Below, in pieces: positions 52,860 through 64,000 of a stretch of DNA of 64,000 nt. Each line of letters starts with the position of its first letter. The stretch's first letter is position 1. Position numbers and translations under genes: made by a program. Below the pieces are notes generated by a model that saw only the letters and a program-made list of their open reading frames with translations, searched no databases and was not told where the DNA came from. The stretch spans positions 372,001-436,000 of the forward strand of contig OZ237744.1 of NCBI GenBank assembly GCA_965178125.1. The letters run 5' to 3'. The stretch comes from Bilabrum cf. latius. Its lineage: Eukaryota.

Positions 52860-55800
52860 ATGAGCTCAGCGTTGACTGCAAGGCTAAGCGGACTGCCAGG
52901 CGACGACGCTGTGGTGCTTGCAAAGGCATCGAGGTCTCGCCCGAAGTCGGCAAGAGCACGTGCTGCCTCAGTAGCAGCACTAGCAGGGAGGGCTATGGCG
53001 TGGGTCAACAAGAAGCAGAAGGGGGGTAAGCGTGGCAAGGTGTAGTCGCAAGCTGAGGCTGTGGTCGCATATGCTACCAGTGGCGATGCCGCGATGGATG
53101 GCGGACCATTTAAGTTGAGACAGCTGCCGCTAGATACCTATGATCGGGAGAACTCCTCGGCTGCGCGATAGTTGCGCACTCCTCCTCCGCCACCAAGGCG
53201 ACCAGAGTCGCCGGACCGACCATACTTGACGGAGCCAGACATTGGTTTCTCCGTCGATTTACTGAAACAATCAGTACAGTATGTCCAGGCTAAATCAATG
53301 CGTTCTCAATCTGTATCAGCCGATCCTAGCCCCGCCATCATGCACCTAGCGCGTGGATTGGAGATCGCCGGTGCGGCAGACAGTCATTCAAAGCAAGATA
53401 GCAAAGACTAGACCGCATCCAAATCCAGCGTGCGACAAGTTTTGGTGTACCAGCGGCAGCTGGTCCTTGCTGCTAGCCGTTTAGATCCACATCTTGCTAC
53501 TGAGCTCGGCGCCGCATTCGTGCGTGAAGCCGAGTATCTGCGCAAGGCGGCAGAGTCTGTGGCTGATCAGGCGCAAATCAACGCCACTAGCCGTCGCAAG
53601 CTTGCATCCAGAACACGACGGACGTCGGCATCGAGCAGCTCGTCGGATGGGTCTGCTGCGGGTGCCTTCAGTCACGGTCATGAGCCCAAGGTCGACCGGT
53701 CGGGAAGATCTACTGGGCACCCCGAGGCTGCCAGTGGCTCTGCACCCTCTGACGCTCTTTCACAAACAACGCCGATGGATCCATAGGCGGCATCTCCGCG
53801 GTAGTCACTGCCGGGAGCAGCAGGGGGGAGAGACACCGGGCCTCGCAGGCTCAGCGCGATGGGCTACCGCGGCATCGTGCTCTCTGGCACGCACTAGATG
53901 GAGGGCGTAGTGAGCCAAGCTGCGCTTCATGCCGACGACGAGAGGAGCCATTCGGGCTCTCGTGCTAGGATCCATGCCGGGTTGAATGATGGTCTGCCAA
54001 TGGAGCACGTGAGGGGACCTGAGCTGGCTGCCTCCTCTGTTCACAGCGATGGAAAGAACGCGGGCCCGATAGACCAAGTCGGCAGCGCGGTCGGTTTGGT
54101 ACCGGGAGAAGGGTGGAGCGGGGGTAGTACCAATCATATTGCCGTACACATTGACGTAGGTTCGGCTTCGCGGGCAGAGCCAGTTCAGTTCGATCAAGAC
54201 AGAGAAGCTGCAATTGCACACGCTGAAAGCCACTCACAGGCCGTTGGGATGAGGGCGGCGAGTCGACCGGGTGTGGCTGCGCGTCCTTCGACAGCTGCCA
54301 CAGCCACAGCGTTAGGTAGCCATGCCTCGTAGCAAGGATAGCACATGGTTCGGTCGACTAACAGGCCAAGGTCGAGGACGTTCGTCACCGTGCAAGGGCC
54401 TGGGAGCAGAACGAATCAAAGTCATTTCCCCATGGGGCAGACAGTCGACCCAAGTGGCAAGCAGCCTTAGCCTAAGGTCGGTCAACGCGCTGGTATTGAG
54501 CTTCAACCCAAGGACGAATCGATTCGCTTTCTGCATGATGCGCCTATGCAGAGCGGACTGTGGGATTAGCAGCTTGCCAAGCGGCAGTTCGTAGATAGAT
54601 CAGATCCAGCATCTCAGGTGTACAGCAGACCGCTCGAACATTCGCCTTTGCGATCTCCTGCTGGAATACGATTTGTTAGCAAGAAGGGGCTTCGTGTACC
54701 GAGTCCGGCGCAGGTTGGTCGTGTTGGTGTCGCGCAGTAGGTGCAACCGGGCGGCTCACAGCACGCAAGACCCCCGCCACCGTCTGCTGCTGCTAAATCT
54801 TCGCGACGGCCTCGTACAGCATCTGTACGACATTCACATCGTCGACTGAAGCACCATGCGACTCATCGCGATCGGGACGTCCTTTCCAACACCCCAGCGT
54901 ACGTGCACCGCGCTACTTCCGTTGGACGGAATGGTGATACCTAGCATGCAGGGCTGAAGCAAGACGACAGACTCATCGTTCGATCGGTCTCTAAGGCAAA
55001 CAGGCAAATACGGGCACAAGAAAACATAGGAGCGAGTTCAGAGCTTGTTCGAGTAGATCAGGGCATACAGTTCAACACATACGGTGGAGGAAACATTGGT
55101 ACTCGGCTACCCGATGGTGCTGTCCAAACTGTATTCCAACGCACCATGACGAGCGTTGAGGCCCAGACGAAAGCTGCACAGCTGGGTGACAAGATTGCTG
55201 TGCAAGAACAGAAGCCAGCCCTCGAAGTGGCTATGTCGTGCACGGTCACGGGCCCTACCGCGCCGGTGGTGCGAGAGCTCAGGCGCCGGATCAGGGCACT
55301 TGAATTCGAGCTGCTTGCGTCGGAGCACGTTGCCGCCACCAGGGTGCAAGGCCTTCGCGCCAGACTAGACAAGGCTAGTGGCTACGAGGGCAAGCAGTCA
55401 TGGTCGCAGCAAGAGAGCGATGAGGTCTTCAAGCGCCTGGATTCTGTGGATGCCGTGCTCCAGGACATGGAAGGGGAGAAGGAGTCGCAGCTTGAGGCCC
55501 TCGACGAAGTGGCTGGAATCCTTCGAGATGTGGACAAGCTCACCTATAAGATGATCAAGACTCACAAAGAGGTGCGCAGCTTTGAGACGCAGACCGACGA
55601 GGCTGTGTTTGAACGGCTGCGACAGGCATAGAAGCTAGCAGATGCCGAGAAACGCAGCTAGATGCGACGAAAAGCGATTGCGGATACACCCTAGCCGCTG
55701 AAACTGCCACAGATGAGAATTGCTAGGTTTTTTAGGGACTACGCAGGACCACCTGTCCTTCTGCGGTACTTCGTCAAGCAGAAAATCGCGAAGGATGCGC

Positions 55801-58800
55801 CGGGTGCCGTAACTGGACTGCAGCTGTCAAGGAGTGCCATGTCGAGGTCAGAGCGGATCCTCCCTCTCCCCAAGCTGCTTGAGCTCATGGATCAGGCCGT
55901 GGAGCTCAAGGCGCACGAAGACGTTAAATCAGACCGGCATGGACTGCCCAGGATACCATACTGGCGTGCGTTTGTGCAGCAGATTTCGAAAGCATTCGGA
56001 TCTGGGTCCCGTGTGATGAACAGGAAGCATCTGGCCAAAGCTATCCTTACCGTCCATCGGTACCGGACCACATGCAGGCTTCCGCAGTTCCGTAGGCGCA
56101 TGTGCTATCTTGGAATGGAGCGAGCTTGCGTGTGTGGCGAGAGTCAGAGAGCGTACGGCGTGTGCGGGTGTGGTTCGTCGGTGCATTCGTGCGAATACAT
56201 GCAATCGCTGGAGCAGGCGCTGCGGCACAGTCTGTCTGCCTCGCACGACAAATACAAAGGCATATTGGGGCTAGAGGTGAAAGGTGCAGCGAACAAGACG
56301 GTAGATATGCTGCGAGATGCCACTGCCAGCATGAGCTCAGAGGCGTATGACAAGCTGGGAGGGAACCAGATTGCCCTGCGGGAGTGGCTTGCACCTGCAC
56401 AGTTACCTGCCATATCTTTGTTTGCCTACGATGCTACTGCTCTTGGGCAGACGGCTTCTCATGCCGCCTTTGAGTACCAGTCGTACGGCCTGCATCTTCG
56501 CGGTCCCGCTGTGGACGACCACCTCATCCGAGATCCCGAGGCAGAGCCGATCGTGCCCAAGCACCTGCAAAAGCAAAGGGCTGCGATTCGATCCGGTGGG
56601 ACCGCGAGCGCATCTGGCAGTAGTAGTGCAGAGGCGGGCGTTCGCTTTAAGGTTGGACTGGTTGGTTCGCCCACTGGCGCCACAGCGAAAGAACCCGGCA
56701 GTGGAAGTGGCAGTGGTAATGCTTCGCCTGCATTATCCGCAAGCCGTGGCGCCGAAGCTAGGCCGAGGCCACCGACGCATAGGCAAAGCATGCACTCTGC
56801 TGCGCTAAGGGCGGCCCATGCGGAGTCAAAAGGTAACATGGCCGCCGTCCGCGAAAGAATCCGCCGCAAAACGATGCATCAGCTTCCAACACAATCGAAT
56901 GCCGAGGAGGGTCCGTCTACAAGCGACAAAGGGAGTGGTACTCCTACGCTGATTCGAGCAGATTCAATGGGGGACGATCTGCTGGGAGGAGGGGACGCGA
57001 TGGAGGTCAACGATGATCTGAGCAACTTGCTTCTTCCTGCAGATAGCGAATCAACTGCAGCCAGCTGTCGGGCACCCGGTAGGGACCCTAAAGATTCGCC
57101 TCGCATGCAAGCTAAGGCAGTGCTTGACTCGGTCGAAGCTGATGACGCTGAATTGCTCGGAATGGTATCTGGCGACTTTGGTGGCCCGAAGGCGTCTCCG
57201 CGGCGGGTCGTCCCGATCAAGCTACCAGATAGCATCGAGCTCACAGCCGACGGTGCACGCAGCTCGCTTTCAAAGAGCCTTACGATGGAGCAAAGGGCAC
57301 TTGCAAGCAAACACAACGTGTCATTTGTGGCAGTGAAAGGCGGGAATACCGGTGTTTCTGCCGTCCCAATGCCCCCCAAGCCGATCCGCAACCGGAGCGC
57401 TCATGCAGGTGGAGATGGGGGTGCATCTCGGGCGGCACGAACCGCAGCTCGGCTCAAGGTATCTGAAGACACGGCAGTGGCTGGACTGTTGTCGGCGTCC
57501 GCAAGCAAACGAAGCGAGTAGAATCCCCGGCGGTCTCCATCTCCGCCTGCTCCTCCCTCTAACACCAAGTCAAGGTTCCCACCTCTCTAGACCGTTGGGG
57601 AAGACGGCAAGCGTTAGGGAAGCGTCCTCGTAAGGAAGACATCGGCCGGTTCGAGGCCGCCTGCACCCCCACGCTCACCAAGGACCCCGAGAGCTCCAAC
57701 CACGCCGCGAAGGCGCCCCAATCTGAACGCCTTGGTTGTTCCCGACGGCGAGGTAGGGGATCCTCTTATTCAGACTCCAGCCATTGGTGATCCATTCTCG
57801 CCAGATTCGTCTAGCCCAGGCAAGCAGTCATCGACCCGCAAGCGTTTTAGTACACATGCATAGCGCCGCAGGTCCTTGGGGCAGTCATCATCGTTTCATG
57901 CCGGAGATGGCGAAGCGCAGGATGCGAAGGACAGCTCGAGCTCTAGCTCTGCCTAGCGTCACGCCATGGGTTTGAAACGAACCGCGACGGCTGAGGCCTA
58001 CAGTAAGGAGGACAGTCAGGGTGCTGCGGGGGCTGGTCACTCAAGTAGAGTCGGCTCTGTTTCGAGAGCTCCATCCAGACGAGCGTCCATCCAGACCAAG
58101 CGGTAGTTGGGCAAGGGCAAAGACCCGAGGGCCTTGAGGGCGGTGCACGCCTCTCAGACAGTTGGTGCTCCCGTCCACTCAAGTGCACTCGCGCAGCTCA
58201 AACGAAGGTATGTTCCCCTGAGCTCTGCGCTGGCTATTGCACGAGCATTCATGAGGCCTTTGTGGAGGTACGAGTGGGATGGTGCAGGAGGATTGATCCC
58301 ACGCGGGCGGCACGCGTCTCGGTCTGGAAGTCGTCGAGGCGGCCGAAGGCAAAGTCATACTTCGTCTGCCGGCGCTTCGTCAGGAGGCGCCTCTGATCCA
58401 CTGGATTTGCCGTTTGGTCCCCATCCTGGCAGTACAAGGAGTCGGCGGTCGATGAAGAGCCAAGACTCGCCCTCGGGGAAGGGCTTTGGTGGCCGGCGAT
58501 CTGCGTTCGATTTTGAAGATGTGGACTTCGATAAGGAGGCTGGCGGCGGCATGTCTCCGAGTCGCAGCAAAGGTACGTCATCTGGGAAGCCGACCTTTGG
58601 CAGTGCCATAGCACAGGCACGAGCGGCAGATAGTGACGAAGAACGAAGCGAAGTTGCAGGCCGACTCCTGCAGCAGGCAGGTCTGCAGCCCATTCCAGGC
58701 TTGCTGGACGAGGGCACGCACCCTGCCTCTACTGATGACTTTGTGGCCGCGGCGAAGGATGACTGGGTCATGATGTACTACGCACTGCTGCGGCACGCGA

Positions 58801-61800
58801 GCTTGTGCAGGCGGAAGGATGGTCTGCAGAGCCTGAGGCTGTCCATGACTGCAAGCAAGCCGGGAGATAGCAGCAGCGCCGGATCCACCTCTGAGATTGT
58901 ACCGGTGGAGGTGGAAGAGGCCCTCGATCGCTTGGCTGCTGAACAGTTTTTGACAGCCCTGACAAAGACTCGCAAAGGCACGATCAAGCAGCTGTTTGAG
59001 GTAGTGGATGTGGACGGCGACGGATACATCGAGGTGAAGGAGTTCCGACTGCTCGTGTCTGCCATTGGGCTCGGTCTCAAGCAGCAGCAGATCGAAAGGG
59101 TTATGCGCAGCCTTGACAAGAACCTCGATGGAAAAGTTTCGTTCGCTGAGTTTGCGGGTGCATTCAGGGAGAGACAGTAGGGCACGATGGTCGTCGATAT
59201 GGAGACTGTAATCGAGTTGGTGATGCAAGCGCACGAGCGCTGCATGCGGCGCGTCGAGTACAGTTGGAGGCAAGTATTCGACGACATCGATGATGGTCCT
59301 CCAAGCCTGGGATCGCGATCTATGTCGCAGGACCAGCTCCTGGAGCTCTTGCACCGAGTGGGTGTCCTGCTAGATCCGGCGCAGGTTGCTTTGCTCTTCA
59401 AGGAGGCCAAGGAGTGGACAGGCATGCCGGAGCATGCGAGCCGAACTAGGGAAGGTTTCAGGTCCAGCAAGAAGAGCAGAAGGTCATCGTCACGAAGCAG
59501 GGGAAGAGCACCCAGCAAGACTGATAGGTCTGGAGCAGGAAACGATCCTACCGACGATGATTTTGGGAGATGGGCAGACGAAGGCAGGGGCAGGTCAAGG
59601 TCTGTAGAACGTGGCAAAGGAGGGTCTCCTCGTACACTGCATTCTAGCAAGAAGTCGTCAGAGGGCAGCAGGCGGAGGAGCTTGCATACCGCTAAGACCT
59701 CCATCAACTTGCGTTCGATCAGAGAGGGGCACGCATCGGCAAGTGCTCGAGTCAGGCGGGGCTCAAGCAGAAACCTCAAGAAGCTTAGCCACGGACGCAA
59801 GAATTTCAACGAGTCAGAGAGTGATAGCGGCTCTGAGGGTGGATTCCGAACCATGGATATCGTGCGCGAGGACTTGCGATCGAGAATACACGTCGTGGCT
59901 GCAATGGCGAAAAGCAAAGCCAAGACTGGTCGCGCGCCGGACGGCTCGCCAAAGACCGATAGCTCGGCTGGCTCTGCCAAACCGCAGCCACCCAAGTCTG
60001 TCGGAGCGACCTCTACTCTCTCCAACGCAATCAGTTTGCAGACCAAGCCAAAGCTAGATGAGAGCGGTGACCCCAGGCCTCTCCACCAGGTACCGAGGGT
60101 GACTTTTCGGCAGATCATTGCTGCGTCTAGGCAGTACAACCTGACGGCGCCGCCCACGCCGCTAGCCTGTCACTATACCCTCTTCAATGCGCACACGAGG
60201 CGACTTGTACGGTACGGAACCGAGAGGGACGCGATCGTGCATCGCGTTCCGAACTTTCAGACCGCCAGAGATGCCACTGACATTGCCGCAGTGGGACTTG
60301 TTCCGATTGCGAAGCTGCTTGAACCCGAGACGGGAACGGGTGCACCCGCAGCTTCCGCCTCTAATGATACCTCGAGTCCCGCCAAGTTGTCGATGAGAAT
60401 CACGCGACCAGGCAGCAGCCTTGGGATAGGGTCTGCAGGAGGCGGGTCCCCTGGTCTCCGCGGTACCATCGCACGGGCAGGATCCCCGGGGCTATCCTTG
60501 TCGAAGGACAAGGCGCTTTTGCAGTCTATGATTCGCGATGGAGGCTCTGTGTCACCCACATCAGCTGGCTAGCGGTCTCGCCGAAGCAGGCTAGCAAGTG
60601 GCGCATCGAACGAAGGCAGCTAGCCAGCACAGGCAGCATCGGTTGCAGAATCAAATGCATCTCGCAGGTCCTCGAGAGCAGGCTCGGCTGCGCAGGGCGA
60701 CACAACCCGTTCCGTCGATTTGAGGGGCCCGTTGTCTCAGAGCGGGGCCCGCATGAGTCGGCCGGTATCAGCGCGTCCTGCATCGGCAACGAGGGGTGGT
60801 ATGGCCGGCAGCCCAATCAGACGACAGAGACCCACGTCTGCCGTGCATCGTCGCGAGAGCTCGCCATCTGTCACTTGGAGTAGGGAGGTGGAGGGTGCTG
60901 CCCGAAATACCAAGACACTGCCTGCCGCAGCGGATCGCATTTCTGTGACCTCAACGGCTGGTGGGAGCCAAGCCGCTGGGAGCATCACTGGCCTTCCTGC
61001 AGATTCGTCCCAACATGCCGGCATGCTTCGAGTGCAGTCAATGCAGGCTGGATCCCCGAAGCGACGGCAGGTGGGCCTTCGATCGGCTTCCAGTCGTGTG
61101 GGGCGAGATTCTCTTCCCCCCAGTAGTAAGCCGCCTCGCGGTGATCTGCTGGCTGGGCTGGTACAGGGCCACGGCTTCGAGCAGCAAGGCCATCGGGAGA
61201 CTGGGGCATCTTCGCCGCTGCGGAGGCCAATGTCGGCACGACCCGCCCATCGCGCGCACTGGCTTCATGGCAGCGGCGCATCGGAGGCGGCGTCAGAAGT
61301 AGCTCGGCGGCAAACGCAGCGGCCAAACGATGCACCCGGTGGATCTGGCAGTGAAAAGGGCAGTGTGGGTGGCTGGACAGCGGATACTCCAAGCACGCGC
61401 GGAGGCAATCGGCCCCGGAGTGCCAGTCCGCGGGGCCGAAAGAGTAGCAAGTCGTCATCCATCGCATCAGAACACATGCTTGAGCTTGACATCGACATCA
61501 GGGTATAGAGAGCGCCAGGGTCAGGGCCAGGGCCAGGGACTGGAACGACAGAAATATCGTTTCTGAGCTCGCGTGATCAGAGGGCCCCGCGAAAACCGAT
61601 GCTGCGGGATCGTGATGCAGCACCAAGAGCTCAAGCAGCAGCGGTGCGCGCCAGATCGCCTGGCCGGGCTGGTGCAAGCCACAGGCTCGACAGGCTGGGG
61701 CTTGGGGAGACGAGCGGCATCGGAGGCTTGATTGGGCGCTCAAAGGAGGCTGCAGGTACACCGAAGCAAGTTGAGCTGCCGGGTGGCAACGCTGCGGGGG

Positions 61801-62108
61801 GTCACAGAGCAGTGGATCAGCCTGTGCTAGAGGATGGGGTAGCTGTCCGGACGCAGTCTGAGGCTCGAGGACAGAGGGAGCAAGCTGAGGTGTAGGAGGC
61901 AGGCGGTGGCAGGGAGCTGTAGGAAGGCGCCGAGCACGCTCTGCGCTCCGCACGGGCCATGGCCTTTGTTGATTGGCAGCGGCGGCTTGCCCACCAAAAG
62001 GAGGTTCGATCGGTTGCTGGGTCAGGAGGGGTGCGCTCGCCCAAACCGCCGGAGCGAAAGATAGAGGATCCCTTAGAGAAGACAAGGCGGATGGCTACGC
62101 CGTACTGA
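52860..62108 (+). CDS. Giant, mostly low-complexity protein (~3082 aa) with coiled coil and EF-hand pair
   Basis: Eleven listed ORFs share a frame, with gaps containing only TAG. EF-hands DVDGDGYIEVKE and DKNLDGKVSFAE (~59007-59150). Stop TGA 62106-62108. Alternative ATG at 52791. Confidence 0.83.
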
Positions 62109-62246
62109 ATTTGAAGCAAATTGAATTTGTTTGTCTTTTGAATTGTGCTGCACATCATGATGCTCGTCACCGCAGACCGTCGCCGTGGCTTGCGCCATGA
62201 TGACGCGTAGCACTCTAGTCGCACGATAGCCAAAACATAGCCAAAA

Positions 62247-64000
62247 ATGCGGATAGCATCGACCCTGATTGCAAGTCTGAGTGCCGTGTGCGCCTTCGCT
62301 GCCTGTGGTAGCAAGCAGAGCGGGTAAGGAGAAGAGCGGGTATCATTATGCTTTCGGATCCATCCAATGTTCATACGCGCCTTGGCGTACCTAAACCAAA
62401 CACCGCGGGATTTTGCAGTCCAACAGACAATCCTATTGCTACCATGTACGGAAATACTACCTTCCCATGGACGTCGAACGTGAGAAATACCTAGCAGTCC
62501 TTTTGTATACACCCCTCCCCACCGTGCAGCCGCACCGAGAAATGTTGGCTCGGTACTCCCTCCCGAATTTGCATTGCAGATGGTCAATTTTTCGTGCGTT
62601 TATAACATCAAGGACTACCAGGACGCCAACGATTAGTCGGATGACAGCGCCATTGCAAAAGCACTCAGCGACGCCTCCAAGAACTCGGGTGGTGGCGTTG
62701 TCTACCTTCCAGCCGGCAAGTACGAAGTATCTGACAACATTATGATGCCATCTAATGTAGTGGTAAGTTTGCATCGAAGTGTTGGCAACGGATACGCGTG
62801 GATTCCTAGCTGTCACAGCTATTGGTTTACGCATCGGCATTGACGGCAGAAACGGCACGTAAGGCTTTCTTTGATCATAACGTTTTGTTATCACCTGATG
62901 CAGATTCGAGGAGAGCCGACTTCAGACCCAGCGAAGCACGGGACCAGTCCTGGCAAGCTGGATCCGAAGGCTACGATCGCTTGCCCAGACAGGAAGCACC
63001 TCGGCTTCTTGAACGCGGATCCCGGGGCCAAGAACATCGGGATCGTAAATCTGAACCTCGATGGGTGTGCCATCATGCTCTGGCCAGGCCTCAAATCGAG
63101 CGCGAAGCCCACACAGCTCAAGGACTACTGGTACGAGGCGACAGACGTGGAAGGCCTCGGCTCCAACAAGGTCGTGCTCGGCAACAAGGTCTCGAACGTG
63201 GTGTTCGGGTATCCCGATCCGGACACGACATCAGGCAACCAATGGCCGTGGCGATTCAGCACCGCCATCGCCGTGTACACGCAGCTCAACTCGCTCGTCG
63301 CCAACAACCTGGTGCCGGAGGCGAGCAGTAGCGCCAAGGTCACCGTCTCGTTCAGCGGCACCGAGTTCAAGAACATCGAGTTCCCGTATGATAACAGGTA
63401 CGGCATTGATGCCGGAAGACGTGAGGGGAGACGGAGTTGCTGACCTGTCGAATTGATTCGCGCGGCCCGAAGGATACTCCGCTTGCTCGAGTCACGGTCG
63501 CTGCCTGCTGCCAACCGGCTCTCCTTTCTACCTCGCCATCATGTATTTTCCGGCGCAGTGCTGCTCGGTGGGGCCATCGGCCACTACGAGGTGAGCCATG
63601 TATGGAGGATAGCCTCCACGGTCCAATCAGTCTCTGCAATAGGCTGATTGCATGGGCCCTCGTAGCGAGCAACTGCCAGTGTGATTGTTCCCATCACTAT
63701 GCATCATTTTGAATTGTTCTCACCCTTCGCTCCGCATTTATTCCGTTGCTGATCCTGCAGGGCACCAAGTGCAAAAAGGTCTCCTCGAACGCGAACCTGA
63801 CGCCTGACTGCGCCAAGTGGTTCTTCCCCATCGGCGTGTCTGTCCGCGACAACTTCGTGTACATGAATGGGCGCGTGGGCATCCAGTGGGCGGGCGGCTG
63901 CGCCTCAAAGTTGGAGGGTGGAGAGCAGCCCGGCTGCGGTACGCAGGTCTACAACAACCACGTCGAAGTAAAGAAGGACAGCATGTGCTACTCTGTTGAC
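62247..64000 (+). CDS. Secreted pectate lyase-like/GH28-related beta-helix protein, 3'-partial, multi-exon
   Basis: Signal-like MRIASTLIASLSAVCAFAAC. YNIKDY..DDSAIAKAL..GGGVVYLPAGKY..NVV|IRGE is a typical N-terminal motif. Introns 62324-62418, 62480-62579, 62763-62903, 63421-63558 and 63591-63760. One TAG at 62634. Confidence 0.75.

Noticed and set aside
1-64000. Window-wide pseudogenisation, or many small genes as in the ORF track
   Set aside because: Interruptions are exclusively TAG, frames are preserved over thousands of codons, and catalytic motifs and splice sites are intact.
1-64000. Pyrrolysine or programmed readthrough explaining TAG
   Set aside because: TAG is too frequent, up to ~30 per gene, has no evident fixed downstream context, and aligns to ordinary polar positions. 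No pyl genes are present.
1-64000. tRNA (including suppressor tRNA-CUA) or rRNA genes
   Set aside because: No cloverleaf or rRNA signature recognised by eye in the intergenic gaps; tRNAscan-SE/Infernal would be needed to exclude them.

Overview
GC-rich, gene-dense eukaryotic nuclear DNA with short GT-AG introns (mostly ~85-170 nt), from a flagellated protist. The gene style suggests a bicosoecid/Cafeteria-like stramenopile, but that is inference only. The dominant signal is a non-standard genetic code: TAG is a sense codon, most likely Gln, while TAA and TGA remain stops. The supplied ORF track is therefore fragmented. Reading TAG as sense joins same-frame fragments into about 15 genes: an HDAC (partial), ARP4, IQUB, MCU, a CobW/ZNG1 GTPase, cyclin A, a BTB/KCTD protein, a UvrD/Srs2-like helicase, two SRCR-like/mucin surface proteins, a cNMP-binding protein, a giant EF-hand protein, a 3264-aa membrane/coiled-coil protein, a 608-aa unknown and a beta-helix carbohydrate enzyme (partial). 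All complete genes end in TGA or TAA, never TAG. Also present are two copies of a 374-bp retroposon-like repeat, a local duplication with exon shuffling, a 17x33-bp coding tandem repeat and an EGF-repeat pseudogene. All coordinates were read by hand; no searches were run.
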